Shown: positions 1-13,365, counted from the stretch's first letter. The stretch is 64,000 nucleotides of DNA from Lingula anatina (GCA_051362555.1 CM120642.1:17174001-17238000); one strand, 5' to 3'. Translations and numbers: made by a program. Notes: a model not told the origin generated them from the sequence alone.

Positions 1-1020
1 AAGTAGTTCGTAACTAACAAGTGGAATGTACCGATCTCCGACTGCTGTGCACAGCTGTATCCTTTTTTTCAATATATTGACGAATTTTTGTCACAGGACA
101 AATAAAACATTTCACTGACAAGATCTTCCCAAAAAGACAAAAAGAGAATTCAGGTGAGCTGACAGGTAATTAAGACTAGCTCAAAGTACTAATAATTGAC
201 ATTATTATGCAATACTCAGTTGGTAAAACGATTCTCACAGGTAGATAAGATGTAACATGACAAATTTCTATAGGCTAATGATTTCCAGCCTGAGGAAATT
301 GATTGCCAGTCTCTTTTGTCAGTGATTTTTAACTCAGATAAGAGTGTCACCTTTGTCTTGGCATTTGTCACTGATTAGCGCCTTCCCCAGTGTAAAAGGG
401 TGATCATGTGTGTGAAATTTCATGCCAGATGGACATATAAAGATCTAAAAATTCGTCATTATATTGAAAAAAGATACAGCTGTGCACAGCAGTCGGAGAT
501 CGGTACATTCCACTTGTTAGTTACGAACTACTTCCTGGTTTTCACAAGGTCCTTCAAGACCTCTAAAACATCGTTGTAATTGCAGCCCATACCATAAAAC
601 ACCCAAAAATACTTAGATATGGACATATCGGATTATATTAATGCCAAATTTCCACATGACAACGATTTATAGACTCCCGGGAATTATTTCCCCTTTACGC
701 TTATTGTTGCGCTGGCGGTCGACGCAGCATTTATTTCTAAACAAGTTGACCGCAAATTAAGCACGATTTTGCACCTTCAAGTTCCGTGTCACGTTTTCAT
801 ATCATGCATTTATTATTTCTGCAAGTTTTCTCTGCCAAAAATGCGTAAAAAAGAGAGTTATCTTACCATGTTGTTTAGAAAACTTCTTTTTCCTCCGACA
901 ACCCGTCTTCACTGCCGTTCACCTCTATGTTAAAATGACCACTCAGCTTCGTTTCTAACACCACTGCACGTCACTTCCGGCACAATTCTGACCAATGCTG
1001 ATCTTCTCCGGTTCCCTTTA
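1..1020. mobile_element. Non-autonomous long-TIR (foldback) DNA element, left part outside the window; possibly Kolobok-like
   Basis: 1-88 is the near-perfect reverse complement of 447-533. The element ends ...ggttcccttta at ~1020, exactly where similarity to paralog B (39030, taaactcgct) resumes, so it is absent from that point in B. Family assignment from the terminus is tentative. Confidence 0.6.
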
Positions 1021-1163
1021 TAAACTCGCTTTAACTGTAAATAAGCGTACGGTAGTGGCAAAATGTTTTAAGGGGAAAAGATATTACGGAAGGTGGCGAT
1101 ACTGTGTAATAGACTCCGCTGGATTGCCAAGATTTAAAAACGGTAAGCTTCTATAATCCTCAG

Positions 1164-3011
1164 GGCGCCGGTGGGGCTCCTTGGTTTAGTAATAACGTGC
1201 TACCAGGGGAACCGGAGGAAAACGGAAGGAAAATGGTGAATAAAACATCCTCCCTGAATGACTGGTGCAAGTACCGTAATGACAACTACGGTTCTTTCAG
1301 CGAACATGATCACGGAATGGCATTCACTATGTGAGTATATTGCCATTTGAGATTAATTTACACCACTCCATTTCTTAATGTAATTTACAGACTTATAATG
1401 TTTTCGGTATTGTTTTTTAACAAAAATCATTGGAATTAAGCACTTCTTTGTTTACTTAATATATGTAAAACCTACATAGACAGATCATTGGCAGCGAAAG
1501 ATGTACACACCCCTCCCTAAATTTCTAAAATTTTCAAGTAGACATGGCACATTAAATTATATCTATTCTCCTTCCCAATGTTGCGTACCCCAATTTCTGG
1601 AATCTCATGTACTTTTTAACAACGACACATTAAAGATACATACAAAGTCAATTTTTTCTCACAGAAACCAACCAAATGCCAGCATATAGTTTCAAGTAGT
1701 ATAACTAAGAGAATTACCAAAAGGCATTGTTTAATTTTACCCGAAAATGATGTTTGAACAGATTTTTCTGCTGGTATTCTAAGCTGTATGTCAATGGGGC
1801 AAGAAAGTAGGTCACGGAAGTAGGTTAAATTTACAACCATAAATTTAAAGAAAGGAGCAGTCTAAAGGTCTTTTATGGCTGATCGAGTGATCTATTCAGT
1901 TTATCCCTTGGCATGTCAAATTTATTTGAGTCATATAAGAATGTAGTAGAAGTGGTTTACATGTGTTACTGGGAATCCACGCTCCACCGATGCTCGGTTC
2001 GTATGTACCTTTAAGGCTATCAGGGTTTGACATAGTATATGTACATGGGTATTAATCACTTGTCATATTAAATTTTAGGCGTGAAATAGTTACAACTCAG
2101 ACCGATACCGCTGTTGCCGGAGTGGCGAGAACTGGCGCCATATGCTCCAGGTCTAGTTCCTGCTCTATCGTTGAATCTTTCGGAGGCTTTAATTCATTCA
2201 TCACCGCTTCCCATGAACTGGGTCACAAGTAAGTGAAACTGGAGCCGCCTGTCGCACACACGAACTGTAGTCCGAAATTGGTCAGAACAGTTTAGAAAAC
2301 TAAAGTTTGCTCTACTTTAGTTTGAATTCCTTTTAGTATTGGTCTGGAACATTGGCAATGTCACTCTTGTTATAGAACAGCGTGATGTTTCACTGAATTG
2401 ACTACCTCTCATATATTTTATGTCATATTTAATTAAAAGTTTTGTTTAAAAGTTTAGAAGAATTTTTAAGCTTATGGCTGTTGTTAAACAAGACCATGGG
2501 AACATAATCTGTTCTACTAGTGATAACCGTAAATCAGTTTGTATTTTGTTTGAAAATACCAGCCGAGGTCCGATCAGCCTGAGTGATTATATTCACTGTT
2601 CATATCGGTCATTTTTATATTGCTGTATTTCACATAATAAGTGCATTTCAGTGACTGGTTCTCTCTCTTCTAAGCTACTAGATATTTTGTTCGTATTATT
2701 AAATTCCTTTTTCTATTTGGCATCCTTTTTGGAATTGATTCTGACAAAGAAATCCGCGAAAATTTTACTCGAGTTTTATAAGCAGTCCTGAAGGTTCTCT
2801 CTGTGTGTTTCAGTCTTGGAGCTTACCATGACGGTTCGGCTGGAACTTCTGGGGGAACGTCTTATGACAATAGGGCTTGTTCCGCCGGCGATGGGTTCAT
2901 TATGGCGCCATCATCTGGCAGCTCGGATCCGTCAAAAGGCTATTATTTCTCCACTTGTTCCGTTGCAAATTTCAAAGTAGGATTGGCGTGAGTATAAGTC
3001 CTACAGACATC

Positions 3012-3068
<57 letters not shown>

Positions 3069-6056
3069 GATCACTAACACACAAACACACACACTGTTAA
3101 CTCATTTCATTTGAATTCATACAAATCTGACTGTTGAGTTGTCTGTCTGTTGACGAACTTAGATCTTCAAATTATGTCTCATGCCAATACATTTCAGTGA
3201 AGCGTGTTGCCTCGTTGACGAAGGCCACTATGAAAATTCTGAAGAATTTGCATCACACACACAGCATCTTCCTGGGCAACTGTACACCGCTAATCAGCAG
3301 TGCCAGATGTTATATGGTTCGAGTTCATCGATGTGTAGGGTATGTGTTGTCTGTGACTGGGTTTCCATACCTAGATCGACCTAACAGAATCGATCCATCT
3401 CCGAAGGGTTTCTCGCTAAATTGCTTTCAGCTTAAGCAGCTTAGATGTGTGGCACGCCTACTGAAGCTGATAAACGATGATTGATTACCCCTTGGCAGCT
3501 CCAATAGGCATGACAGACGTCAAAGCCGCTTAAGTTGATTGCAATTTAGCGAGAGCCCCCTTGGAGATAGATAGATTGATCCACAGTAAGTACGATAGGG
3601 TCTCATACGACGTAATGTTGTGAGGCTTCTTGTTATTTCCGCGTTTTCTCCATTACTTAAAAATATAGACTGCGGTTTCTCTTCCATAAAATGAAAAACG
3701 ACCGCATATTTGAATTCAGTGGTTATAATTTTTATTGAAGTACGCTTAAATTTCTAAAATATCTGGTCCTTTAACCTGTTATACAGCTTAATGGACTATC
3801 CGTGCAGCTGTTCTAAAACATGTCAACTAGCATATCATTTCAGACATGAGCTTTTTCCGCGGAAACGAGGAATTTTGCGTTATTTAACTTAATTCTGATG
3901 GTTCCTGAGATTCCTCAAGATCTGCAGTAATATCTGGGGGGTGGGGGGGGGGGGGGCGGTGTTCAGAGTTTAAAAAAAAAAAAAAAACAAGGCTTGTTTC
4001 TGCATTTTGTTACAGACATTTGGATCTTCAAACTACTGTCAGTACCTGAGCTGTAGCCAGACGTCTGGCGGATGTACGCACGGGTTTAAACCGCCGGCAG
4101 ATGGCACTGACTGCGACACAAATAAGTGGTGCATCCAGGGCTCATGTGTTGACAAAAGTGCCGCCCTGCCACAGTCCCACGGCGACAGCGGTGAGACAAC
4201 ATCGTGGTGCCCATATGGTAAGTCTGTGATGGTTTTAGAGGGGATCAGGGTGGTCCTGACCCCCCCCCTTCGATTTCTGGTCCCCTCTTGATATTAGAAT
4301 TTTGACTTGATGAATCATAGTTCTTAACCGTACCAAATGGCACCGTTCGCCCTCTAAAATATCAAAAATATTCGGGGACCTTCATTGGGCCCCGAATCTC
4401 ACGCTAAGTAGGAGGGGGGGGGGGGTCGGCTTTGCATCCACAAAATTTGTTTCTCGAGCGACCGCGAGAACTTTCGTTATGATGTGGACAACAAAAGGTT
4501 CGGTTACGGTGAAATAGATTTTCAAAAACAGTGGACAATGTTTATCCGATAGTATTTTTTTCTCGTGTTGGCAAGAAAAAGCTTTTTTTGTAAATTAAGT
4601 TAAAGGACATACTTTCCAGCCAATAATACAGTAGTGCCCATCAATGGTCTTTCGTATAGATGGATACATGGGGGTGCGGGCACTCCATTTCCAGCTCGTG
4701 TACCTAGTAGAGTGTAATTTTACAGCATGTTTAAAACAAAGCAACCTTTCAACCACCAAAAAAAACATCAATTTAAAATTGATTTATTTATATATAATGT
4801 ATTTATTTTTCAGGGTGGCCCGGTGATCTGTGCACTGATGGGGACGCTTCGTTAATTAACGTCGGCCAGGGATGGGAAAATTGCAAAACAGCCATCACCC
4901 GAGATGGCGACACTTTGTGCGCCAACGCTCAAATCAAGGCTTCCGGTTTCTGTTGCATCCAGTGTTACTACCATGAGCAATCTAAATTGACAGGTATATA
5001 CGAGAAACCAGGCCCGTAGTCAACAAATTCAAAAGAGGGTAACGGGTTCTTTTATCGAAAAAGTGGACCTTTGACAATGAAACTTTTGTGCACCTAGAAC
5101 AAATTTTACCCATAATGGACCTTTCCCTGACAAAAAGGGTGTTTTTTTTTTTCGAACCCCCCGAATCACTTCTTGCTACAGACCCGAGGAAATGTATTTA
5201 TATAATTATTCATTTTTTAATTAATCAATTTATTTATATTGAAGGTACTTGGAATGATTGGGGCCAGTGGAGCGGATGCAGCGCCACCTGCGGGGGAGGT
5301 ACACGCACGCGCACCCGTACATGTCCAACTGGTCAAAATTGCGCCGGTGACAGTTCACAGACTGAAGGATGCAATGCAAACGCTTGTAAGTCATGTTTTC
5401 AAGGATGACCTTTTAAAATCTTAAAGCGTAAAGCAGTTACATAATTCCAGTACATGTAGCTATACAAAGAATGCGGACATTAATGCAAAGACGTGCAAAA
5501 TCACAATCACAAAGATATAATTTTAGAATATTAAACTATTACTTATCCAAATTTGCGTTAGCATAAGACAGTTAAATAATGCCAGTACACGTACCTATAC
5601 AAACAATGTGGACATACCAAAGACGTGCACAACCACAATCACAATCACATAGACCTAATTTTATAATCTTAAACTATTATCCAAATATGTGTTTAAGTAA
5701 AACAGTAGAATAATACCAGTACACGTACCTACACAAACAATGTGAACATACCGAAGACGTGCACAATCACACGTGGTCCAGCTATATGTTAAAATGCCTT
5801 AATTTTCTTGAAGGTGGAACCTGGTCTGACTGGTCTGCCTGGACCACGTGCACTGTCACGTGTGCTGGCGGAAGTCAGACAAGATCAAGGACATGTAATG
5901 GCGGAAGTGACTGTCCTGGAAGCGCTACCGAATCTCAGGACTGTAACACCGGTGCTTGCCCTGCTAGTGAGTATACTAGGGATATATTAAGGGAATAAGA
6001 TTTTTGTTTCAAAGATTTTTTCAAAGTGTGGAAATCCTGCCCAAAATTAACCCACT

Positions 6057-6107
<51 letters not shown>

Positions 6108-6613
6108 TTAAAATGCTTGAAAAATATAATACACAGTAATCCACCATTTATAATGGTTTGGAATATACTGTCCTGAAAATTACCACACATGCCTGTTGTC
6201 GATGTTGTGCAGAAAATATTTTGAAAGGGTGCCTGTTTTAATATGTGCTATAGTACACGTATACAAAGACAATTGGCTTTTTAGCCCCAACTTGGACCCA
6301 GTGGGGTGCCTGGACCTCGTGTTCAGTTTCATGTGGTGGAGGAACCCAAACTAGAACGAGGACATGTGACGGAGGGAGCTCATGTGTTGGCGACAGCTCA
6401 GAATCCCAGGACTGCAACACCAACGATTGTACAAGTAAGACGTTCTATCTGATTATTACAAGTGTATGTGTACTGTACGTATGGAGAAAAATATTCAGTT
6501 GCTTTTATGTTTTGTATAAGTTGGTTAATTATAGAGTATGGATTGGTGATGTTATATGCTATTTTTATTCGCACATCTCACATTGTTCAATGGGATTTAT
6601 TACCTAAAATAAA

Positions 6614-6645
<32 letters not shown>

Positions 6646-9600
6646 CTTAAAATACTAACTTAAAATACTTGCAAATGGAATGTATAGTGATCCACCATTT
6701 ATAATGGTTTGGAATATACTGTCCTGAAAATTACCACACATGCCTGTTGTCGATGTTGTGCAGAAAATATTTTGAAAGGGTGCCTGTTTTAATATGTGCT
6801 ATAGTACACGTACACTAAGACAATTGGCTTTTTAGCCCCAACTTGGACCCAGTGGGGTGCCTGGACCTCGTGTTCAGTTTCATGTGGTGGAGGAACCCAA
6901 ACTAGAACGAGGACATGTAACGGAGGGAGCTCATGTGTTGGCGACAGCTCAGAATCCCAGGACTGCAACACCAACGATTGTACAAGTAAGACGTTTAATC
7001 TGATTATTACAAGTGTATGTGAACGTATGGAGAAAAATTTCCAGGAGCTGTTATGTTTTGTATAAGTTTCTTTTTATAGGGTAAGTGATGTTATAGACGG
7101 TTTTATTTGCACATCTCACATTGTAAAATGGGATTTATTACCTCCGTGCAAGAAGGCCTATAAAGTATTTTCAACTACTGACATATCTTAAATATTTAAG
7201 TATTCGTTCCTAAATTAAATGGGCATATCTGTTGTTTCTTTTCAGCCTCCGCTTGGGGAGAGTGGGGTTCCTGGTCCACGTGCACAGTCACGTGCGGTGG
7301 TGGAACTCAGACAAGAACGAGAACTTGCGAAGGAGATGGCTCGTAAGAATCAAGGCTTTAATGTTGTTAAATAGTATAATTTTGTTGGGGGCATTCTTCC
7401 CTGTGCACCAAGAGAGGGATATATACTAGTAAAAGACAATAAATGTGGTTTCCTTCACCATTCTACCAGTATATATGTTTTCTCTGGCTACGTGCTTATT
7501 AGTCTCCCTACAATTTTTTATACTCTCTGCACATTTAATTACCATAACTGTACAAGACTCATTTAATGTTTCTTCGAGTGCTTTACTCAGATATTGTGAC
7601 CTTGGCCTTACTGAACAGACATTTGACCATTTGTACAAGATAAAAGTAAGTTCGTTATGAAGTGATCCACATAATAAATGCACATTCTGGTGGTAGAGTA
7701 TGTAAATAGGCTCTAATGGTTAGAAGAGGAACAAGAAGAAAAACAGTATTGTTAAGAAAAATATTTTTGTCGGTAATATATTTTATGGTTATTTTTATGT
7801 TTTTAATGTCTTTTGTCCATTTTAATTAGTTTTGAATCTATGTTAGTGAATTTTGGTTTTACAAAGTGTAACATGTTTAAAAAGCTCCGTGTATCGTTGG
7901 TTTGAACAAGGAGTTATAACTCCTTGGTTTGAAGAAACAAATAATTGATATATTATTATCATCATCAATCCAGGACCTGTCCGGGGGTGAGCTCTGAGAC
8001 TAACAGCTGTGGTGGAGGTGATTGCCCGGGTGAGTGGAGTGGGGCGTACTCTTTTGAGTGTGTTTTCCGGGGGGATGGACGGGGAGGAGGGGGTGAAGGG
8101 GGGGGGGTAGGGGGGATGGACGGGGAGGAGGGGGTGAAGCATTTCGATCTCATTAAAGCAATTCGCCTGGTTAAAACATATAATGTATCACACCTTTAAG
8201 GGTGACTCTGTGATGCAGTTCCTTCTGCCAGTAACACCAACAAATGAGAGCGTTCCTGCTTGTGACTAAAAAACATAGTTCGGCCTAATTAGTATGTAAA
8301 CATTTGTAACTCATGACCAAAAGAACCCAAATGAGTGTACATGTAAGTAAGATCTTTACTAAGAAAAATGTTAACCTATGTGCCGGTATAACGTGACAGA
8401 GAGTCCATTATGATAGAGTGTACGCTTCCCATTCATTTGTACAGGTTAGCCTAGTCCTAGATATTGACCCAATCGGGTCAGGCTAACCCTAACCATTATA
8501 ACTAAATGGAGGACGGATTCTCTGTTGCACGGATCCCCATTTTCGTTACACCGGTCATACTACTTGGCCTGGATAGCTTCCAATCTTGTATATGATTAAG
8601 TACATGTTGTTATATTATTAAATATGTTATTAATCTGCATGTTTTTTCTCATGTAAAACAGGTACATGGACGCAGTGGGGCTCGTGGTCAACATGCAGCG
8701 CCACCTGTGGTGGAGGAACAACAACAAGGACGCGCACCTGCGAAAATGGCGTCTGTGACGGAGTTGACAGCGAGTCTGAAGCATGCAATACCGCTGCTTG
8801 TAATGGTAGGTACCAAATGCGATGGCAAGTGATTCTAAGACAATCATCAAACTATATTTTTCAACATTATGAATATGAAATTAAACATTTATTAAGTATT
8901 CAAAATGACCCTATAGGAGAGGCATGTGTGTAAAACCCATGAATTCAATTCACTTTGTTATATTAAAAAAAGAAAAAAAATGGAAAACTAACTCAACCAC
9001 CATTTAATTCTGCAAAAAATACTGCTGTTTTTCATAGATGGCGCTGTTGACGGCAATTGGAGTGACTGGAGTTCCTGGTCAGACTGCAGCGCTACCTGTG
9101 GATCTGGACTCAAGACGAGAGAAAAACTGTGTAACAACCCGGCACCTTCAAACGGTGGTTCTTACTGCTGCTACAACGGAGTGTGTCAGTACAACCGGCT
9201 GACCGGCAGGACTTCGTGTGATGCTGGTCCTTGTGGCAATGCTGGTAATGAGACAAAACGGTTTCTGTTTCATAATTGCCGCACTGTCCTTTTACGTCTG
9301 ATTGCAATTCTGCTGTTCTGTCTAAATGTCTACATTTATTGTCATCATGTGGCTATAAGCAAAGCTTCAACCAGACTGTCATGGGAAAATGTATCTTGAT
9401 TTCATGAAGAAGCTATTTTTCAAATAATTTGATTTATATTAAAATAAAATTACATGTGAATATTCAAGTCCGTTCGAAGCACTGGTAACTGAGGTACATG
9501 TACGTGTATTAGGTAAGGCCGGTATACTTTCGGTCTATGTAATGCATTTGCGGAGTCGTATGAATAGACTACCACGCCTACAATATTACGTGAATATTGC

Positions 9601-12420
9601 CTACAGCACTGTGTGAATATTATTCTGTATGAATTATAATTTCATGAATTGTAGTTGACGGCAATTGGGGCTCATGGCAGGCCTGGAGCACGTGTGACTC
9701 AAGCTGCAGGAGAACCCGCGTTAAGTACTGTGACGACCCGGCCCCCAGCAATGGCGGACAGGGTTGTTACTATAACAAGCAGTGTTGTTACACGCGCCTG
9801 CGACAAGGAGGGAGTTGCACTGGCGGAGCCTGTGGTAAATATGCATAAATAAATGGAATTATGTAGATTAAAATGAATTATTTTTATTGACCAGCATTAT
9901 TTTAAATAGCGTTTTACAGACTTTGTCATTTTCACGGGTTATTATTTTTTAAAGATAATTAATAGCAAAAGGATTACTATGCACTTCCGAATTGCCGTCA
10001 GTTTTGTTCATGTTTTCAAGCTTAAACAAGATTACTGCGTATAATATCTTCACACGAACGATGTCATGGTTGCCTTGTCACTCCCAGCGCATACATGCAT
10101 TAAATCTGTTGATACGCCCTGCTTTTTTCAGGTTTTTTAAAATTAACAGCAGTCAACTTATATATTTTTAAGCAGATATGATAATATTATGTAGCAGTAA
10201 TAAAGGTCGAGAAGAGGTACATTTTTGACACGTTTGATGTTGCCAAAATCTATCATTTGGTAAAGAGACTTCGTACCAATGATTATTTCCAGGCTCGACT
10301 AGTAACTGTACTGATACTCGCAGTTGGTGCAGAGCATACGCTCGGTACTGTAATTACAGATATATTCGCAGTCGCTGCTGTGCAACATGCTCTAATAGAG
10401 GTTGACGAGGTACTTTTGAAGTGGTGATTTCTTTAATCAAGTTTCTGAACAATCATTGAGCACCTTTTTAGTGAGCATTGAAATCTGCTTCTCTGACGCT
10501 GTTGAAACTCTGGAATTTATTGCAGTTCACTTAACAACTTTATTGTTACAACGGCGGATCCAGAATATCTGAACGGGAAATTTTATTTGCAGCCCAGCCA
10601 ACTACCACCTCTGCCTCGTGGGTGGGCTTATTTGTCAAAAATATGAAAGTATTGCAGTTTCACAGAAATTGGTTTCTGCCTAATGTTTTTTCCCCTATTT
10701 CGCATTTCTTTGGCCCCTGGATCCGCCTATGTGATAAGATAGACACACTGGGCACGTCTCGCTTTTGCTGCTTTTGGTTTCTGTTAAGTTTTCAGTCGGC
10801 AAGGACTAACAGTGTTGCTAATAGCTTCGTGGTGAGATCAGCGTGCACTTCGCTTGCGAATCCAGGGTTTTTTGCTTAGAGGGGAGGGTGGGGGGGGGGG
10901 GGCAAGGGTGGTTTTTTATAAATTTCACTTCACTCATCGAATATAAGATAAATGGTAATTTTACACAGGGATATGAACATTGGACAAAGTGAATGGGCAC
11001 TTTTAAAGCTGAGAAGAAGGGAACGTGACCCACTGTGTCCCCACACCCTGGATTCGCCATGGCGTTTTTTTTTACTATTATCTTTTATACAGTTTCCTGG
11101 CGCTGCTTACAATACTAATAATGCTACTGTTTAACTGGATTGCATGGTCACCAACTTGTGACAGGCCATGCACCTGCTTCTGTCGTTGTTTACGCAGCTG
11201 TTTGCTTAGATATTGCACTGGCTAACATCGTTGTTATTCTGAATTAACCTTTCAGCTTCTTTCTTACTGTCATTGCTTTTGATATTTTATAGCCTATGCG
11301 GCTACAGATGTAATGGCGCTATATATAACTTCTAAAAATCCATGAGCACATTCAAACCTACGTGTATCTAATATTAAAAAAAGATTTTCACTGACCATGG
11401 TTGGGCGTATGTTTTCGGCAAAATACCCCCCCCCCCCTTGTGACTCAATGTGCATAAATACAAAATAAATACAAAATGTGAAACGCTGTGTCCCTGATCA
11501 CTTCCAGTCTGCGCCGACAACGCTTCCTGGTGCTCCAGATACGCAGCGTATTGCAACATTTCCTCATTCGTGAAAAACACTTGCTGTATTACTTGTTCCT
11601 AATCTGGTAATGTATAATTCCGGCGCCCCGATTCCATACCATCCTCCAACCCCGGCAATATGAAAAACCTCATGCATGCTTCGTAATATTTTTTGCAATC
11701 TAGATAATTGCAATGTTGGTTGTAGTTAATTTAGATATATTAGAAGTTAACATGGTACTGCCGATATTAATTTTTAGACTTAATTAGTACATGTGTTTGC
11801 ATTTCTGCCTGGGTTTCTTTATTTCATGACAGTTAATAATTATTTATTTATTATTATTTAATTTCTGCTAATAAAAATACATCACATTGCCATTAAGGGC
11901 CCCTAAATTTACTATATTAAAGAATGGTGAATGTTCAGATTTTAATTTCAGCAGGGTTCTTAGTTTTTCGTCTTTACACGTGTTGCTTGCGTATTTCTCA
12001 GTAGCGGGTGTTTGTACGGAAATAGTGGTATCATTTTCTTTCCATAAGATTAGTACAATAACATGACATAAATGCACCGTCTGTAGTATCATCATTATAG
12101 AAGTAATATTTAAGTTTTAAACTTTATTATTTTTCTTAAAAGCAAAATGGCTTCATAAAGTTTTTTGCAGTTTGATACTCTTGCTTGATCCTCTCTTAAT
12201 ATTTAAGTTGTATTATAGTAAAATGTATTTACGTGATTTTTATAAGATTTATAAACGTAGAGTAATTATAAATAGACTTTGGTTAAAGCCACCGAATATC
12301 TTGGAAAAACTACAGTTTTAAATTTCAAGATCCTTATAAGAAACATTGCTCGCAAACTATATAATGTTTTTTTTTCATAAATGTTATGGGCATGCTTTCT
12401 ATTTTTCAGCTGGCAAATAA
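1164..12420 (+). CDS. ADAMTS-like M12B zinc metalloprotease, paralog A (5' exons outside window): catalytic domain, disintegrin-like domain, Cys-rich module, about 8 TSP1 repeats
   Basis: GT-AG exons at ~1164-1330, 2079-2228, 2814-2987, 3198-3339, 4016-4216, 4814-4992, 5245-5385, 5814-5966, 6284-6433, 6835-6984, 7246-7342, 7974-8029, 8662-8805, 9038-9244, 9655-9834 and a putative last exon 12410-12420 (AGK*). The spliced zinc motif is HELGHNLGAYHD with Met-turn [17 protein letters not shown] and [17 protein letters not shown] match the ADAMTS disintegrin-like region. TSP1 repeats read WxxWxxWxxCSxTCGGGxxTRTRTC. Confidence 0.9.
3015..3068. repeat. (CT)n(CA)n compound microsatellite
   Basis: Read directly; a shorter version lies at the homologous position in paralog B (~40624-40670). 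Confidence 0.95.
3358..3605. mobile_element. Foldback MITE, related to the element at 52480-52693
   Basis: Imperfect palindrome (atcgatccatctccgaagggtttctcgctaaattgc ... gcaatttagcgagagcccccttggagatagatagat). Absent from the homologous intron of paralog B. Shares ctagatcgacctaac and ttacccc motifs with the 52480 element. Confidence 0.55.
5009..5186. mobile_element. MITE family 1 (TIR caggcccgtagc), decayed copy
   Basis: Same TIR and internal gaaaaggtccac/ttcgaacccc motifs as 19723-19882 and 31229-31398. Confidence 0.65.
6058..7140 (+). repeat. Tandem duplication (~551 bp unit) containing one TSP1 exon, bounded by (AAT)n tracts
   Basis: Exons 6284-6433 and 6835-6984 and their flanking introns are nearly identical. 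(AAT)n lies at 6058-6105 and ~6613-6645. Confidence 0.9.
8382..8555. mobile_element. Small dispersed element with ccggtgtaacg-type TIR and internal ctaaccctaacc; other copies at 38641-38810 and 45390-45555, related sequence near 50820-50945
   Basis: Termini ccggtataacg ... cgttacaccgg; near-identical sequence recurs at 38641 in a non-homologous intron. Confidence 0.6.
10550..10731. mobile_element. MITE family 2-like (ggcggatccag ... ctggatccgcc TIR)
   Basis: Short TIR pair similar to the cagtggcggat family at 17759, 57062 and 58227. Confidence 0.5.
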
Positions 12421-13241
12421 TTCGTCACCAAAAAGGCGCTTACAACCAATTCAGGACGCTGCACATGATAGATGTCGTATTACGCTGTCCGAAGAAAACG
12501 AGCAAATATAATACAATATACCGTATCTACAAACGGACATTAAGTGTACACTGGACCAAAGTAATGCAATATTTTTCTTTATAAGTTGGTAAACTTTAAA
12601 CTTTTCATGTTTATATCAAGATAAGAGTAGAATATAAATGCCTTAGCGTGAACCGATATTTTGCTACGCAACGACTGTACAATCGGATTTAATACTTCCA
12701 TTGTATGTCTAAATCTCTGTCTAATGAGATTTCGAATGTGTATAAACATTCCATACACAGCAATTAGAAATATACGTTTACCATTGCACTGAATGGCGTT
12801 GTCTGTTTTAAAATGCGTTCGTGTGCCGGGATAGCTCATTTTCTCCCCCCTTCTCTCATAATGAAGGATGAGGTAATAAAACTCGAGGTTATCGAAAGTA
12901 GACTATTTTCAGTAACGTATTATAACATGGGAGACTTAATTGAATATCAAACACTCGATTGAAATGATTTTACGACCGATTGAAATGATTTTACGACATC
13001 GAACATCGGTTGTGTTTTGTTGTCGTCGCACCGAGAGATAAAAGATCTACACGATAATTAAAATTTTTGATGATGTATTTGTTCAGTTACAAGATGGGTA
13101 AAAAAAACTCCACGAAAATCGGTTGTATCTGCGTTTTTTAAAAACTTTTCAACGAAACGTAACATTTCCTTATCCAAGGCACAGCCCACACGTTTTAGAA
13201 AGTTCTGAAATACACATTGTATTCTTGGAGATGTCACTCAC

Positions 13242-13365
13242 TATACACATTTCAGAACCACTTCCATATATCTGGCATTGCTGATCGGCGGTGTACATCA
13301 GCCCCGGTAGTTGTTGCGTGTTAGCCTCATATTGTAACCTTTGTCAGCGAGACAGCACGCATTTC
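13242..13365 (-). pseudogene. Inverted, decayed copy of the ADAMTS-like disintegrin-region exon
   Basis: The reverse complement reads NACCLADKGY...NTQQLPGLMYTADQQCQIYGSGSEMCI followed by donor gtgagt. This is homologous to exon 3198-3339 ([11 protein letters not shown]...[28 protein letters not shown]). It is frameshifted and the acceptor is mutated. Confidence 0.75.

Noticed and set aside
5935-6147. Low-complexity ORFs (poly-Y, poly-YI, poly-K; also 41689-41987 and 24994-25200)
   Set aside because: Translations of microsatellites and homopolymers.
8480-8500. ctaaccctaacc telomere-like motif (also ~38742, ~45495, ~50835)
   Set aside because: Only two units, part of a dispersed small element; not an interstitial telomere array.
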